This document shows positions 1 to 10,970 of a stretch of DNA of 64,000 nucleotides, piece by piece. Where the stretch lies: the NCBI GenBank assembly GCA_943788175.1, contig CALSPG010000005.1:288001-352000 (forward strand), given 5' to 3'. Both the position numbers and the translations under genes were made by a program. Origin of the DNA: an uncultured bacterium (GTDB lineage: Bacteria > Fidelibacterota > Marinisomatia > Marinisomatales > UBA1611). Numbering within the stretch: the first letter of the stretch is position 1; each line of letters opens with the position of its first letter. The notes below the pieces were generated by a model that was not told the DNA's origin, ran no database searches, and saw nothing but the letters and a program-made list of their open reading frames with translations.

Positions 1-2
1 TG

Positions 3-194
3 CAAGGAGCTGACTTGATTGGTGTAGGTAGAGCAGCAATACCTTACCCAGATTGGAGTCTAAACCTTAAAGATGATAACTACAATCCTCCAAAGATGCC
101 GTTTACATCAGCGCAGCTAACTAAAGCGGGGTTAAGTGATGTGTTTATTGCTTATATGAAAAATTGGAAAGGATTTGTTGAAGATGAAAAGTGA
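3..194 (+). CDS. NADH:flavin oxidoreductase (old yellow enzyme family), C-terminal fragment cut by window start
   Basis: Manual translation QGADLIGVGRAAIPYPDW...FVEDEK*; resembles the OYE C-terminal 'AD(L/F)V.xGR...PD' motif. Confidence 0.65.
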   Translation, partial: QGADLIGVGRAAIPYPDWSLNLKDDNYNPPKMPFTSAQLTKAGLSDVFIAYMKNWKGFVEDEK

Positions 195-1056
195 TAATAA
201 TCCATATGCAGATGCATTAAATGGACTTGATCTAAAAGATCCTGTATCAGCATTCTTTAAATTTTGTAGAGAACGTGAACAAATCAGAATAAAAAGGGAA
301 AAAGGAGAGCCATTCCCTTGGTCACAGGATCAAATATTCCAAAAAGGTAGATTTCTAAATGTGTTTAGAGAAGATGACCGTGTAAGTAAATCTATTATAA
401 AGTTTGCTGAGGGCCTCGAACAAAATCTGCCAGATTTAGTTCAAGCATTATTTTTTGCAAGATGGTGCAATAAAGGAGTAGTACTTGATGCTATTTCTAA
501 AGATGTTTTAGCTGATAAAGCACTAATAAAAAATAAAATGATTGCTTTTGACTCCTGGTCAAATAAAACAGCTTATCCAGTAGAAGAAATAGAATGGAAT
601 GGTAAAAAGTACTCTAGGCTAGAAGCTGCAACAACATTATTTCATGATATTAAAGATTCTTTATGTGAAATAATAAAAAGATCTGCCGGTGATGTAATAG
701 TTGCTACTCAAGCTGTAAATCATGAGTTTAAAATGAACAATGATTTTCCAATATTTATGGCAGTCATTGACATTGCTTGGTTTCGGCCAGATATTATCAA
801 GCCGACTAGCCCTGTGCCTACAGGTATTGGGGCGGTCGCATTTTTAGATAGACTTCAAAAATTTCTTGGTACTAAAAGCCATGAGGCAACATGTGATGAG
901 ATGATTAAACTTCAAAATAGATATTGGCCAAATGCAAAACGTGAGTTTTTACCTATTGATGTTGAATATTTATCTTGTGAATGTCGTAAATATTACAGCT
1001 ATGTAAATGGCACAAAAAGATTTGAAGGTAAAAATATTTTCACTCCACCTACTTAA
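184..1056 (+). CDS. aGPT-Pplase1 / amino acid:DNA transferase-like (DNA base hypermodification family) protein
   Basis: N-terminal 'F..ERE.IRI.R..G.P.PW..D.I....RF.NV.REDDRVS' and C-terminal 'DVEY.SCE.RKY' motifs; ATG at 184 overlaps the upstream gene. Confidence 0.7.
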   Translation: MKSDNNPYADALNGLDLKDPVSAFFKFCREREQIRIKREKGEPFPWSQDQIFQKGRFLNVFREDDRVSKSIIKFAEGLEQNLPDLVQALFFARWCNKGVVLDAISKDVLADKALIKNKMIAFDSWSNKTAYPVEEIEWNGKKYSRLEAATTLFHDIKDSLCEIIKRSAGDVIVATQAVNHEFKMNNDFPIFMAVIDIAWFRPDIIKPTSPVPTGIGAVAFLDRLQKFLGTKSHEATCDEMIKLQNRYWPNAKREFLPIDVEYLSCECRKYYSYVNGTKRFEGKNIFTPPT

Positions 1057-1071
1057 CTATGAAAGTGGTTT

Positions 1072-2130
1072 TTATTTAATTTTTCGAATGAAGTCAACGG
1101 CTCTTTGTGTGCTTTTTCCATCATTAAAATAAAAGCAATTATTAAGCATTTCATTATACAGGTTTACCAGGTTAGGATTATTTAAGTCCTCTGCTACCAT
1201 ATCACTAATATCAGATTTCTCACCATTATAATTTTTTGCTATAGATAGAACGCTCATTTCTTCTGGCATATTATGAAGCTGGTCGTAGTCATTATTTGCA
1301 ATGATTATAGGTTTTTTTGTAACCAAATATTCATAAATGATTGATGACGTATCACTAATCATCAAATCTGATATGGCAAAATCATTCATTGTGCTATTTT
1401 TAATTATTTTCGCTGGATTCGAAAAATAGACATTTTTATAGCCATTATATTTTGCCCAAAGCTTTAACAGCTTAATCTTCCCTCTATCATGGAAATGAGG
1501 TCTTATAATAAGATTATAATTTTTATCGAGCTCCCTGATAAATTTCTTTCCATATATTTCTAACGTGCCATTGCCCCACTTCCATGTTGGGGCATATAAT
1601 ATATTTTTTCTATCTTTATCTCTTATCTTCAAAAAATCATAATATTTTTCTCTATCAATTCGATCATTGATATAATCATCAAATTTTGGGTAACCAATTT
1701 TGATTAACTTTTCTTCTGGAATATGAATATCCATATCTTTTTGCTTGTGTATGTGTTTAGGTCCTGACACAAAATGGTAATCATATGTTTCTAAAGTATT
1801 TCCAGATCCTCCAAATTTTTTGTCTCCTGCTCCATGGCCAATAAATATTGAAATGGACTTATTTTTATCATGTTTAATTTCTGAATTTGAACCTGATATT
1901 ATTACTCCCTCTAAATCATAAACTTCATTTTTAGGTTTTTTCAATACTTTCGGTGCTTTAAATATTCCACCGCCAGTTATTTCTGTATTTCGGAGATAGT
2001 ACTTAAATCTTAGAGCTCTATTTAATTTATTTACAACAAATACCCCTCCAGTCTTATCGTAAATTGGTTTTGCATGACCATACTGATACACTTGATTGGC
2101 AAAGAAATATATATTATTCATTTCTGGCAA
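1072..2130 (-). CDS. CDP-glycerol:poly(glycerophosphate) glycerophosphotransferase family (TagB/TagF-like)
   Basis: GYPKFD, ILYAPTW, RPH, SDLMISDTSSIIYEYL, DGKS..R motifs. Confidence 0.8.
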   Translation of the reverse strand: MPEMNNIYFFANQVYQYGHAKPIYDKTGGVFVVNKLNRALRFKYYLRNTEITGGGIFKAPKVLKKPKNEVYDLEGVIISGSNSEIKHDKNKSISIFIGHGAGDKKFGGSGNTLETYDYHFVSGPKHIHKQKDMDIHIPEEKLIKIGYPKFDDYINDRIDREKYYDFLKIRDKDRKNILYAPTWKWGNGTLEIYGKKFIRELDKNYNLIIRPHFHDRGKIKLLKLWAKYNGYKNVYFSNPAKIIKNSTMNDFAISDLMISDTSSIIYEYLVTKKPIIIANNDYDQLHNMPEEMSVLSIAKNYNGEKSDISDMVAEDLNNPNLVNLYNEMLNNCFYFNDGKSTQRAVDFIRKIK

Positions 2131-2148
2131 AATTACGTTTAATCGATA

Positions 2149-2871
2149 TTAAATAAACTTTTTAGGATTTTGATTAATAAAATCAAGTGCCTCGGGAGTA
2201 TCAATATCTATCCAAGGGTAACTTTTTATATCTACACTACCCATTAAGCCCTTACTCATTAGTAAATTGCATGCATCGGACAATGAGCACTCATCTTTTT
2301 CTTTAGCTTCTTTTAAATAATCAAAGAATTCGTATTTGCATTTAAAAATACCGCAATCAATTGCATTGTAGTTTGATAATGTTTTAGACATAAAACGTAT
2401 CAAATTTGAATCTTCATCGATCTTTAATTTCATCCCGTCATCAATATCGTGGATCTCATCAATTTTATAGTCAGCCCCTACGCTTGCAATAGTATTACTA
2501 TCTGACTTGTCATTTATGATTTTTAAAATATCACTCGTATAATAATGATCACTCATAGATATCATAAAATCTTCTCCAGTAGGTATATGCTTTTGAGCAG
2601 ATAAAACGCTTACACCATTTGCAAGTTTCCAGTCTGGATTATATGCTACTTCGATTTGGATTGGGGTTTGAAGCGTTTTTAAATGATTTTCAATAATATG
2701 ATTATTGAAGCCAGTTACCACTACGATGTTTTTAATACCAGCATCTATACAATTAGATAATAATTTATTTACAAGAGGTTGCCCCATTACAGGCACCAAA
2801 AGTTTAGGCGTATTATTTGATACGGATGATAGCCTTGAGCCTAAACCTGCAGCTATGATTACTAATTTCAA
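2149..2871 (-). CDS. Nucleotidyltransferase, likely inositol-1-phosphate cytidylyltransferase (IPCT-like)
   Basis: AAGLGSRL...PK signature, MSDH, DCGIF, WIDIDTPE; directly downstream of inositol-phosphate synthase. Confidence 0.7.
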   Translation of the reverse strand: MKLVIIAAGLGSRLSSVSNNTPKLLVPVMGQPLVNKLLSNCIDAGIKNIVVVTGFNNHIIENHLKTLQTPIQIEVAYNPDWKLANGVSVLSAQKHIPTGEDFMISMSDHYYTSDILKIINDKSDSNTIASVGADYKIDEIHDIDDGMKLKIDEDSNLIRFMSKTLSNYNAIDCGIFKCKYEFFDYLKEAKEKDECSLSDACNLLMSKGLMGSVDIKSYPWIDIDTPEALDFINQNPKKFI

Positions 2872-2886
2872 TTAATACTTTTCTTA

Positions 2887-4173
2887 TTAATCTTGGTCTA
2901 AATGTGTGATAAGCTCTTCGCCCATAATATGACGGAGGGTATTTTTCAGCTTTGCTAGCTGAACAAATATATCATGTTCAGGACCAACATTAGGCCTAGT
3001 CATTGGACTTTTGAAGTAAAAGGATAGCCATTCTTGCACACCAAACATATTAGATTTTTTAGCTAAATCAAGAAATAAAACTAAATCTAAAACTATTGGA
3101 GCCGCTAAAATACTATCTCGACATAGAAAATCAACTTTGATTTGCATAGGGTATCCAAGCCAACCAAATATATCAATATTGTCCCAACCTTCTTTATCGT
3201 CTCCTCTTGGAGGGTAATAATTAATTCTCACTTTATGATAAAGGTCACTATAAAGATCAGGATTTTTTTCTGGTTCTAATATTGTGTCTAGTACACCAAG
3301 TTTACTTTCTTCTTTTGTTTTGAAAGCATCGGGGTCATCCAAGACTTCACCATCCCTGTTACCAAGAATATTAGTTGAGAACCAGCCATTTATTCCAAGT
3401 TGTCTAGCTTTCAAGCCTGGAGCTAATATGGTTTTCATTAGAGTTTGCCCAGTCTTAAAGTCTTTTCCCGCAATTGGAGTTTTTGTGGTTTCAGCTAATT
3501 CGACTAATGCTGGGATATCTGCAGATAAATTTGGTGCGCCATTTGCAAATGGAATACCTAGTTTGATAGCAGCATATGCATATATCATGCTTGGAGATAT
3601 AGCCGGACTATCATTTCGAAGGCCTTCCTCAAATTTATTAATAGATGAGTGAACATCAGATGGCTCAAAATATATTTCTGTGCTTCCACACCAAATCATC
3701 ACGTTAGATGTAATATTATTCTTTTCATTAAATGATTTTATATCATTCATTACTTGTTCAGCCAAGTCCATTTTGGAAGTTCCTGTTTTTATCCAGTTTC
3801 CATCTAAACGACGAACATACTCTTTATCGAAAACAGCTTTAAAAACATTGATATTTTCAAGCTCTGGCTTTAATTGATCTAAAAGAGTTTTGTCTAATAC
3901 TTTAGAGCGGATGCTAACATCGTAAACATTCTCGTTACTTATATCCCAACCGCCAAAAACTAGATTATTCATATCAGCAACAGGTGCAAAATCTTTAATA
4001 ATTGGAGAGCGTTTTTCAGATCTTTTTCCTAACCGGATTGAACCCATTTGGGTCATACTTCCGATTGGTTTTGATAATCCTTTATTACAAGCTAAAACAC
4101 CACAAATAAATGTGCTGGCAACTGCTCCCATTCCTGGAATTAATACTCCGACTTTTGGATTTTCATTGTTCAT
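2887..4173 (-). CDS. ino1: myo-inositol-1-phosphate synthase
   Basis: GMGAVAST, FGGWD, ANGAPN, GKDFKTGQT, NILGNRDG, RDSILAAP motifs. Confidence 0.93.
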   Translation of the reverse strand: MNNENPKVGVLIPGMGAVASTFICGVLACNKGLSKPIGSMTQMGSIRLGKRSEKRSPIIKDFAPVADMNNLVFGGWDISNENVYDVSIRSKVLDKTLLDQLKPELENINVFKAVFDKEYVRRLDGNWIKTGTSKMDLAEQVMNDIKSFNEKNNITSNVMIWCGSTEIYFEPSDVHSSINKFEEGLRNDSPAISPSMIYAYAAIKLGIPFANGAPNLSADIPALVELAETTKTPIAGKDFKTGQTLMKTILAPGLKARQLGINGWFSTNILGNRDGEVLDDPDAFKTKEESKLGVLDTILEPEKNPDLYSDLYHKVRINYYPPRGDDKEGWDNIDIFGWLGYPMQIKVDFLCRDSILAAPIVLDLVLFLDLAKKSNMFGVQEWLSFYFKSPMTRPNVGPEHDIFVQLAKLKNTLRHIMGEELITHLDQD

Positions 4174-4259
4174 ATTTTATTTCTTTATTTGTTAATTATG
4201 ATAAATTATTAATCGATTAATTTAGTAAAAAAAAGGTTAGTTTCTAACTATTCCAATCA

Positions 4260-5369
4260 CTATTTAAACCTATCTGCCCATGTTTTTGTTCTTAAAAGGT
4301 AATAATTATTATCTTGAGGTAGGTAATTTTCATAACTGTAGTCATTTATATTTTTTGGCTTTGCCGGTTCAATTTGCGACCCTTCATGCCACTCATTAAA
4401 TGAAGTTATACCTATGATGTTAGGTTTTGATTTTATCGCGGCATTAAACACGGCATCATAGTATTCCCCCGAATTTCTATCTTTATAATTTTGAGCATTC
4501 CAAGGCCTTATCCTAGTATCAGAATATCCAGGGCCAACGCAAGGTATAAATATTTTATTATTGTTTTTAGCCCAATTTGATAAAAACTGCCAATTTTTGC
4601 TACTAGACCCAAATGTGAATCCATCGCTGGCAAAATAAGTATAAATCCCATCAAAACCTCCATCGATGAAAAAGTCACTTTCATTTTCGTGTACCCATAG
4701 GCCTATTACATACGAATCTACTTTAGTGTCTCTAATTGTATTTAAGCCTTCGGGTTTCAGTATGGATGCCCAGTCATATTTCGATATATGATAGGAATCA
4801 TATACATAAAATAATGGCTTACCTTCAAAACGATAAAACGCACCATGCTTCCCATAAATTTTTATTATATAATTCATCATTTCTACGACCATTTCGGAAG
4901 ATCTGTTATTTATTGGCTCAAGGTGAAAATTGACTTTAATATTTCTAGACTCTGCTATATCCATAATGAGTCTTACATTTTTATCTTCAAATGAGTTTTT
5001 CCCCCACCAAGATAAAGTAACAACTCCAATACCTGATTGCTCAATCATTTGCATATGCTTGGATATAATAGATGTGTCGTTACTACTGTAACAACCTAGT
5101 TCAGGATAAAAGTTCGCTCCGATATCTTCATGACCTAAAAATTTAGGATAATTATCCCAAGTGGTATCAGACCAGTGAGGCAGTACTTCATGGTCCCAAT
5201 GCCTTTGTGTACCATCAATTTCATCATTACCATACCAGGCATAGTAAAACGTATGTAGATTGTAGTTTAAATTCTTTTTTTGCCGTGGCATTATATTTTT
5301 ACAACCAAAAAGAGTGATTAAAAATATAGTAGTAATCTTTAACGAATTGTTTTTTTTATATTTAATCAT
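4260..5369 (-). CDS. Glycoside hydrolase family 99 (endo-alpha-mannosidase/mannanase), lipoprotein
   Basis: FYYAWYGN, ANFYPELG.YSS, TSFNEWHEGSQIEPA catalytic motif; LFGC lipobox. Confidence 0.88.
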   Translation of the reverse strand: MIKYKKNNSLKITTIFLITLFGCKNIMPRQKKNLNYNLHTFYYAWYGNDEIDGTQRHWDHEVLPHWSDTTWDNYPKFLGHEDIGANFYPELGCYSSNDTSIISKHMQMIEQSGIGVVTLSWWGKNSFEDKNVRLIMDIAESRNIKVNFHLEPINNRSSEMVVEMMNYIIKIYGKHGAFYRFEGKPLFYVYDSYHISKYDWASILKPEGLNTIRDTKVDSYVIGLWVHENESDFFIDGGFDGIYTYFASDGFTFGSSSKNWQFLSNWAKNNNKIFIPCVGPGYSDTRIRPWNAQNYKDRNSGEYYDAVFNAAIKSKPNIIGITSFNEWHEGSQIEPAKPKNINDYSYENYLPQDNNYYLLRTKTWADRFK

Positions 5370-5448
5370 TATTGTTTAAATAGATATAATTATCATATGA
5401 ATGATAATTAAATAATATAAAAGAAATATTTTTATATACATACTAGCA

Positions 5449-6375
5449 ATGAAAAAAAGAGTATTGTCACTATTATCATCTACCACAGAAATTGTTTATG
5501 CATTAGGCTGTCAAAGTCTTTTGGTCGGTAGATCACATGAATGCGATTATCCGAAATCGGCTTTGAAATTGCCTATATGCACTCAACCTAAATTTAATGT
5601 TAATGGCTCTAGTCGAGAAGTCGATGGTGAGGTAAAGTCAATTCTTCAAAATGCCCTTTCACTTTACAATATTGATGAAAATCTACTAAAAAAGTTAAAA
5701 CCAGATATTATTCTTACACAATCTCAGTGCGAAGTATGTGCTGTTAGTGAAAAAGATGTAATAGCTGTCGTTGAAAATATTACGGGGATTTCGCCATTAA
5801 TTATTTCCGTAAAGCCAAATTGTTTAGAGGATGTTTACAACGATATAATCACAATTGCAGAAGTGCTAGAAGTAAAAAACACAGGTATGGACATAGTCTC
5901 TTCTCTTAAAATGAGGATGAAAAAAACTATAAATTTTATCAATAATGAAGTGTCATTGAGTGTTGCTACTATTGAGTGGATCGATCCATTAATGGCTGCG
6001 GGGAATTGGGTACCCGAAATGATAAAAATGACTGGTGCAAAAAATCTTTTTGGGGAGCCAGGGAAGCATTCGCCTTGGATGAAATATGGCGATCTATTAA
6101 AAAAAGACCCAGAGGTTATTATTATCATGCCTTGTGGATATGATATCCAAAAATCTATTATTGAAATAAAGATGCTATCTAAGAAAAAAGATTGGCAAAA
6201 AATCAGAGCTGTAAAAAATGATAAGGTTTTTATCACAGATGGAAATCAGTATTTTAATAGACCCGGGCCAAGATTAGTGGAAAGTCTAGAAATATTAGTA
6301 GAAATATTGAATTTTAAAGAAAGTAATTTCAAACATAATAACACCGGCTGGATCAAATTCAACACTATTAACTAA
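5449..6375 (+). CDS. ABC-type periplasmic binding protein, cobalamin/Fe-siderophore (BtuF-like) family
   Basis: RVLSLL.STTEI, GRSHECDYP, TQSQCEVCAV, FNRPGPRL. Confidence 0.8.
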   Translation: MKKRVLSLLSSTTEIVYALGCQSLLVGRSHECDYPKSALKLPICTQPKFNVNGSSREVDGEVKSILQNALSLYNIDENLLKKLKPDIILTQSQCEVCAVSEKDVIAVVENITGISPLIISVKPNCLEDVYNDIITIAEVLEVKNTGMDIVSSLKMRMKKTINFINNEVSLSVATIEWIDPLMAAGNWVPEMIKMTGAKNLFGEPGKHSPWMKYGDLLKKDPEVIIIMPCGYDIQKSIIEIKMLSKKKDWQKIRAVKNDKVFITDGNQYFNRPGPRLVESLEILVEILNFKESNFKHNNTGWIKFNTIN

Positions 6376-6379
6376 TTAT

Positions 6380-7216
6380 ATGGGCATAGAAAAAAAAATA
6401 TCTTCAAAAGAAGTAGGTTTAGAGATCGGGCTAGTTTTAAGCAAGTTCTTTTTTAAGACTGAACATCTACATTTTGGTTTTTGGCCTGATGATTTGGAAA
6501 TATCTATAGATAATCTTAAAAAATCTCAAGATTACCACTCCGCAAAAATAATAGATTCAATTCCAGACGGCGTTCAAACTATCCTTGATGTTGGAAGTGG
6601 CTCTGGTGGACTAGCAAAAAAATTAGTTAATAGAGGCTATGAGGTAGAGTGTGTTTCCCCAAGTGATTATCTATCAGAAGCCATTGAAAAAAAACTTAAA
6701 TCAAGTGTTAAAGTTCATAGAAATACTTTTGAAAATTTAGAAGTTAAAAAATCGTTTGACCTAATTCTTTTTAGTGAAAGTTTTCAATATGTAAATATTG
6801 AAAAAGCGCTTAATAAAATCCCGGGATTAGTAAATGAAAATGGATATCTTTTAATTTGTGACTTTTTTCGGCAGCCTGGCACTGGTACAAAGCCACTAGG
6901 CGGAGGGCATGATTGGAAAGTTTTTCTAGAACACTTAAGCAACCATTCTTTTCTTAATTCTCTTGATATTGATATTACAAAAGAAACAGCTCGAACTTTT
7001 GATTTAATTAATAAAATAGTCGAAGAGGTGGCAAACCCAATTCGTGAACTTTCTTCAAAGTATTTAGGCAGTCACTATCCAAGGGGGATGAAAATCTTAA
7101 ATTGGTATTTTGACAAAAAGATAAGAAGATTGAACCGAATTTATTTTTCAGGAAATATGACAGGAGAAATGTTTAACAAACTAAAAACATATCGAATTTT
7201 AGTTTATAAACTATGA
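6380..7216 (+). CDS. Class I SAM-dependent methyltransferase
   Basis: HLHFGFW, ILDVGSGSG motif I, FDLILFSES. Confidence 0.85.
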   Translation: MGIEKKISSKEVGLEIGLVLSKFFFKTEHLHFGFWPDDLEISIDNLKKSQDYHSAKIIDSIPDGVQTILDVGSGSGGLAKKLVNRGYEVECVSPSDYLSEAIEKKLKSSVKVHRNTFENLEVKKSFDLILFSESFQYVNIEKALNKIPGLVNENGYLLICDFFRQPGTGTKPLGGGHDWKVFLEHLSNHSFLNSLDIDITKETARTFDLINKIVEEVANPIRELSSKYLGSHYPRGMKILNWYFDKKIRRLNRIYFSGNMTGEMFNKLKTYRILVYKL

Positions 7217-9683
7217 TAGCTCATTTCTTAAAAAATGGTTTTATTCGACAAATTATTTTTTATGGAGTATTAATACTAATATGCACGTATAATAATTTAT
7301 TTTCTCAATCCGTCAACGGGTTTGTCAGAGAATCTTCTTCCGGGGAACCAATTTCTTACGCGAATGTTTTTTTAAGTAATACTGTATTAGGGGCAGCGAC
7401 CACCAGAGATGGATATTTTGTATTATCAGATATCCCACCTGGGAAATATGTAATAAATGTTACAATGATTGGTTACAGCATTTTTAAAGAAGACATTGAA
7501 ATTAATGACTCAACTTCTCTCAGGTTAGATATTCGATTGAAAGAAGAAGTGCAATTAAGGCTTCAGAGGTCGTTGTTACTGCTGAAAGGCAAAAGTTTGA
7601 AAGAGCTATTGAAAGTAGTCAAATATCATTAGACCTGAGAGAAATAAATTCAGCCCCCGCGTTTATAGAGCCTGATGTCTTTAGAACTCTACAGATGCTT
7701 GCCAGGGGTGCAAGCGTCAAGTGACTTTTCCAGTGCGCTATATGTTAGAGGTAGCACTCCTGATCAAAATTTAATTATGTTAGATGGAATAGCGATTTAC
7801 AACCCTTATCACCTGGGAGGTATTTTTTCTACGTTTAATACAGATGCAATTAAGGAAGCGGATTTCCATGCTGGTGGTTTCCCTGCTCGCTATGGAGGAA
7901 GAATGGGCGCTATCTTAAACATTATAAACAGGGAAGGGAATGTAAATGAAATTAAAGGTGCGGCAAATATCTCTCTAATCTCCAGTAAAATCTTATTGGA
8001 AGGCCCAGTCCCAAAGTACAAAGGGATGAAAGGATCTTGGATGATATCTGGGCGCAGAACATATTTTGATAGAATAATTAAAGCATTAAAAATACCTCTA
8101 AGTAAAAATGAAGATGGCTCGAATAATTATTTCGAATTTCCTTATTACTTCTATGATTATCAATTAAAAGCGAATTTGGACATCAATGCGAACCATCGCC
8201 TCACCTACTCGCGTTTTTATGGCGATGATGTATTATATTATGACTTTGATGAAACCGACAACTATAGTGATTCAAATGTTAATGTTAATCAGGATTTTCA
8301 ATTTGGTATAGATTGGCCATGGGGCAACAAAACTAACGGCTTGACATGGAGGTGGATTATGTCTCCAGAGCTTATATCCAAGACCTTCATTTCTAATAGC
8401 TACTATAGATTTAATTTTAACTTAGGCTTCGATCAAAAGAACACATATACTTATTCAGACTCTGCAATTGCTGTATTTCAAAATATTGATTATAGTGTTT
8501 TTGATAAAATCAATGACAACACTATTGAAACAGAAATCACCTGGAAGGCTGATGATCGTCATGAAATTACTGGTGGTTTCCAGTTTAAAGATGTTAGCTA
8601 TGATTTAGGCATAGGCATCGGTATTGAAACACAGGATACGGTTTTTAATTTTTCCCCATTAGGTTTAAAAAACAAAACGCGCGAAACTTCACTATATGCG
8701 CAGGATAAGATTAGTTATTCTGACAAATTAAAACTTCAATTAGGGTTTAGAGCTACAGATTATAATCTCCACAATAAAATTTATATGGACCCAAGAATAG
8801 GTATTAAGTATCATTATAATTCAGACTTAGCATTGAAATTAAATTGGGGTATCTATCATCAATTTCTAACCACTGCCAATAACCAAGATGAAAACCTTAG
8901 ACTTGTTGAATTATGGATGGGGATTCCTGCAGACAAAGATGCTAGTGTATCGCAACATTTTATAAGCGGCATTGAATACATGTCTCCAAAAAATATATTT
9001 TATCGTTTAGAGCTATACAGTAAATCATTTGATAATCTTCTAACTGTTAAGCAAGATAATCCGAATACTATTGAAGAAGGTATCTTCTGACTCTACGATA
9101 AATGAATTTTGGGATACAAAAGGAAATAGCTGGGGGGTTGAATTTCTACTTAAAAAATCTTCGGGTAAATTAAATGGATGGTTAGGATATACCTACGCAG
9201 AAGCTAACTATTTTAATGAACCCAGCGGTTGGCATCATCCTAATTTTGATAGAACCCACACCGTTAATATCGTTGCTAACTACGATTTAACTCCTGAAAT
9301 ACAAACTAACTTTGGGTTAACAATGTCAAGTGGGAATCCATATACAAAAATAATGGGTAGAGTTTATGACTGGCAGCAGAAGCCTTGATAGTGATACATA
9401 TTGGTACCCTGTTGATAGTTATATTATTGGTGAGAAAAACACTGAAAGGTATGATGATTATTTTAGAATAGATATTGGGATGACTCGCAAAAAAGGTAAT
9501 TTATTTGGGGTCAACTATGATACATATTGGCAAATTATGAATGTAACTAGACATTTGAATATTCTTAGTTATGCATACAGAACTAAAATTGACCCTTGGA
9601 CTGGTAATCGTACGGGAGTGGAACGCAGGGCTATTCCAATGTTTCCTCTAATCATCACATTTGGAATTAAGTTTGACTTTTAA
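7213..9683 (+). CDS. TonB-dependent receptor with N-terminal carboxypeptidase-regulatory-like domain, split by several frameshifts (~7555, ~7697, ~9085, ~9380)
   Basis: GEPISYANV domain; EVVVTAER in a shifted frame; LPGV, LYVRG..DQNLIMLDG plug, GFPARYGGR; C-terminal Phe; four ORF pieces join into one gene. Confidence 0.85.
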
Positions 9684-9706
9684 GCGAATATATCACCCGA
9701 GCTTTA

Positions 9707-10770
9707 ATGGTTTTTTTACTACTCATGATAAGTTGTATTGGAGTTAATAGACAATGGGAAGAAGTAGAATCCGACTACGATCATGTATTAAATGTCTTCG
9801 GGATCTTGAACCTAGACCCTGGTTATTCAAGTTTCATAGGCCTTTATAGAACAACCAATTTGAACGAAGTTTCACAAAAGTTTTCAAGAGTTGACACGCT
9901 ATATTATTGTGATTGCGCGAGCGATGAAGGTAAAGAAGGCGATAACTGCTGGTGTGAAGATGAAAACGGTTATTGGGTTGTAGATTCCATTTTCGAACCA
10001 GCTGCAATTATAAAAGATGCTTCTATACACATTACCGACGACTTAGGTCAAAGTTTTGAATTTAATTTCATGGAGAATTTGACTAGAATTGATTCTTTGA
10101 ATATTGACACGACACTTAACATTGATGGTTATGTTATAGAATTAGATACAACTATTTTTGATACGAATAATATAAGATTAAATTTTTATGTTGACACTAC
10201 AGGTTATTTTAAGCCAGAACCTGGAAGGGAGTATGGTCTTAGTATAACAGCTCCTGGTTATAACTCTATATCGGGTAATCTTAAAACGCCACTCAGAACA
10301 AAGATTAATTCGGTTTATCAAAGGGGCAATTTGATTGATACAGTCCTTGTTAATGAGCCTTTTGAAATTAGCTATGATTATCAGGAAATTGGAAGAGCAC
10401 TCGTATCAGGCCAAGTATTGTTAGGCGACGTGCGCGGACTGAAATAGCACTAGTTCAGGCTGGTGTGGGGGAGAGTTCGACCCTTTTATGGTAGACTTAG
10501 ATGACGGGGAGCTTTATAAACAGACAATTGATCCATGGATTTGTTTAGAGCAAAGTGAGCTAGGGAAGGCAAAAGATTACGTTCTTGCGTCTGACTTCAA
10601 TGGATAATAATTATTATGATTATTTCGTCGTTGGGGAATCAGGTGAGTATTCAAATGCACTTCTTAATTATCCTACGACAAAAGGGCGGTCTGTTGGTCT
10701 AGAAGGCGGGTTTGGTTTGTTTGGTTCAATCGCTTCTGACTGGAAAGTTGTAAAAATAATTAGACGTTAG
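9707..10770 (+). CDS. Lipoprotein partner of the TonB receptor (DUF4249-like), frameshifted near 10440 and 10580
   Basis: ISC lipobox; C-terminal piece 'SMD.NYY.Y...GGFGLFGS' typical of this family; position after the receptor. Confidence 0.6.
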
Positions 10771-10775
10771 GCTTT

Positions 10776-10970
10776 CTAATTATCATACAGCCATTCAAAG
10801 AGTCCTTGTATCAGCATTGACCCTATTAATACGGATAATGAAAGACCTGCAGATTTCATCGGGTCCCCTGTCCAGAACCAAGAGCAAAAGAGTACCCAAG
10901 TAAAAGTGGCAGCTCGAATTTTTATAGATTTTGGACTAAAAATATGATATAAAAATCTTCTTTTTTTCAT
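10776..10970 (-). CDS. Small membrane protein, hypothetical
   Basis: 64-aa ORF with two hydrophobic stretches filling an intergenic gap. Confidence 0.5.
   Translation of the reverse strand: MKKRRFLYHIFSPKSIKIRAATFTWVLFCSWFWTGDPMKSAGLSLSVLIGSMLIQGLFEWLYDN

Noticed and set aside
3284-3877. Antisense or nested ORFs in the track (here and e.g. 5835, 16396, 33694-34773, 52002, 55057)
   Set aside because: Shadow frames of well-supported genes with no motifs of their own
5370-5448. Cobalamin riboswitch before the BtuF-like gene
   Set aside because: The intergenic region is about 80 bp, nearly all AT, with no B12-box
7213-10770. Multi-gene or programmed-frameshift reading of the TonB receptor and lipoprotein fragments
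   Set aside because: The pieces join into two ordinary genes; scattered single-base indels fit sequencing error, with no shared slippery motif
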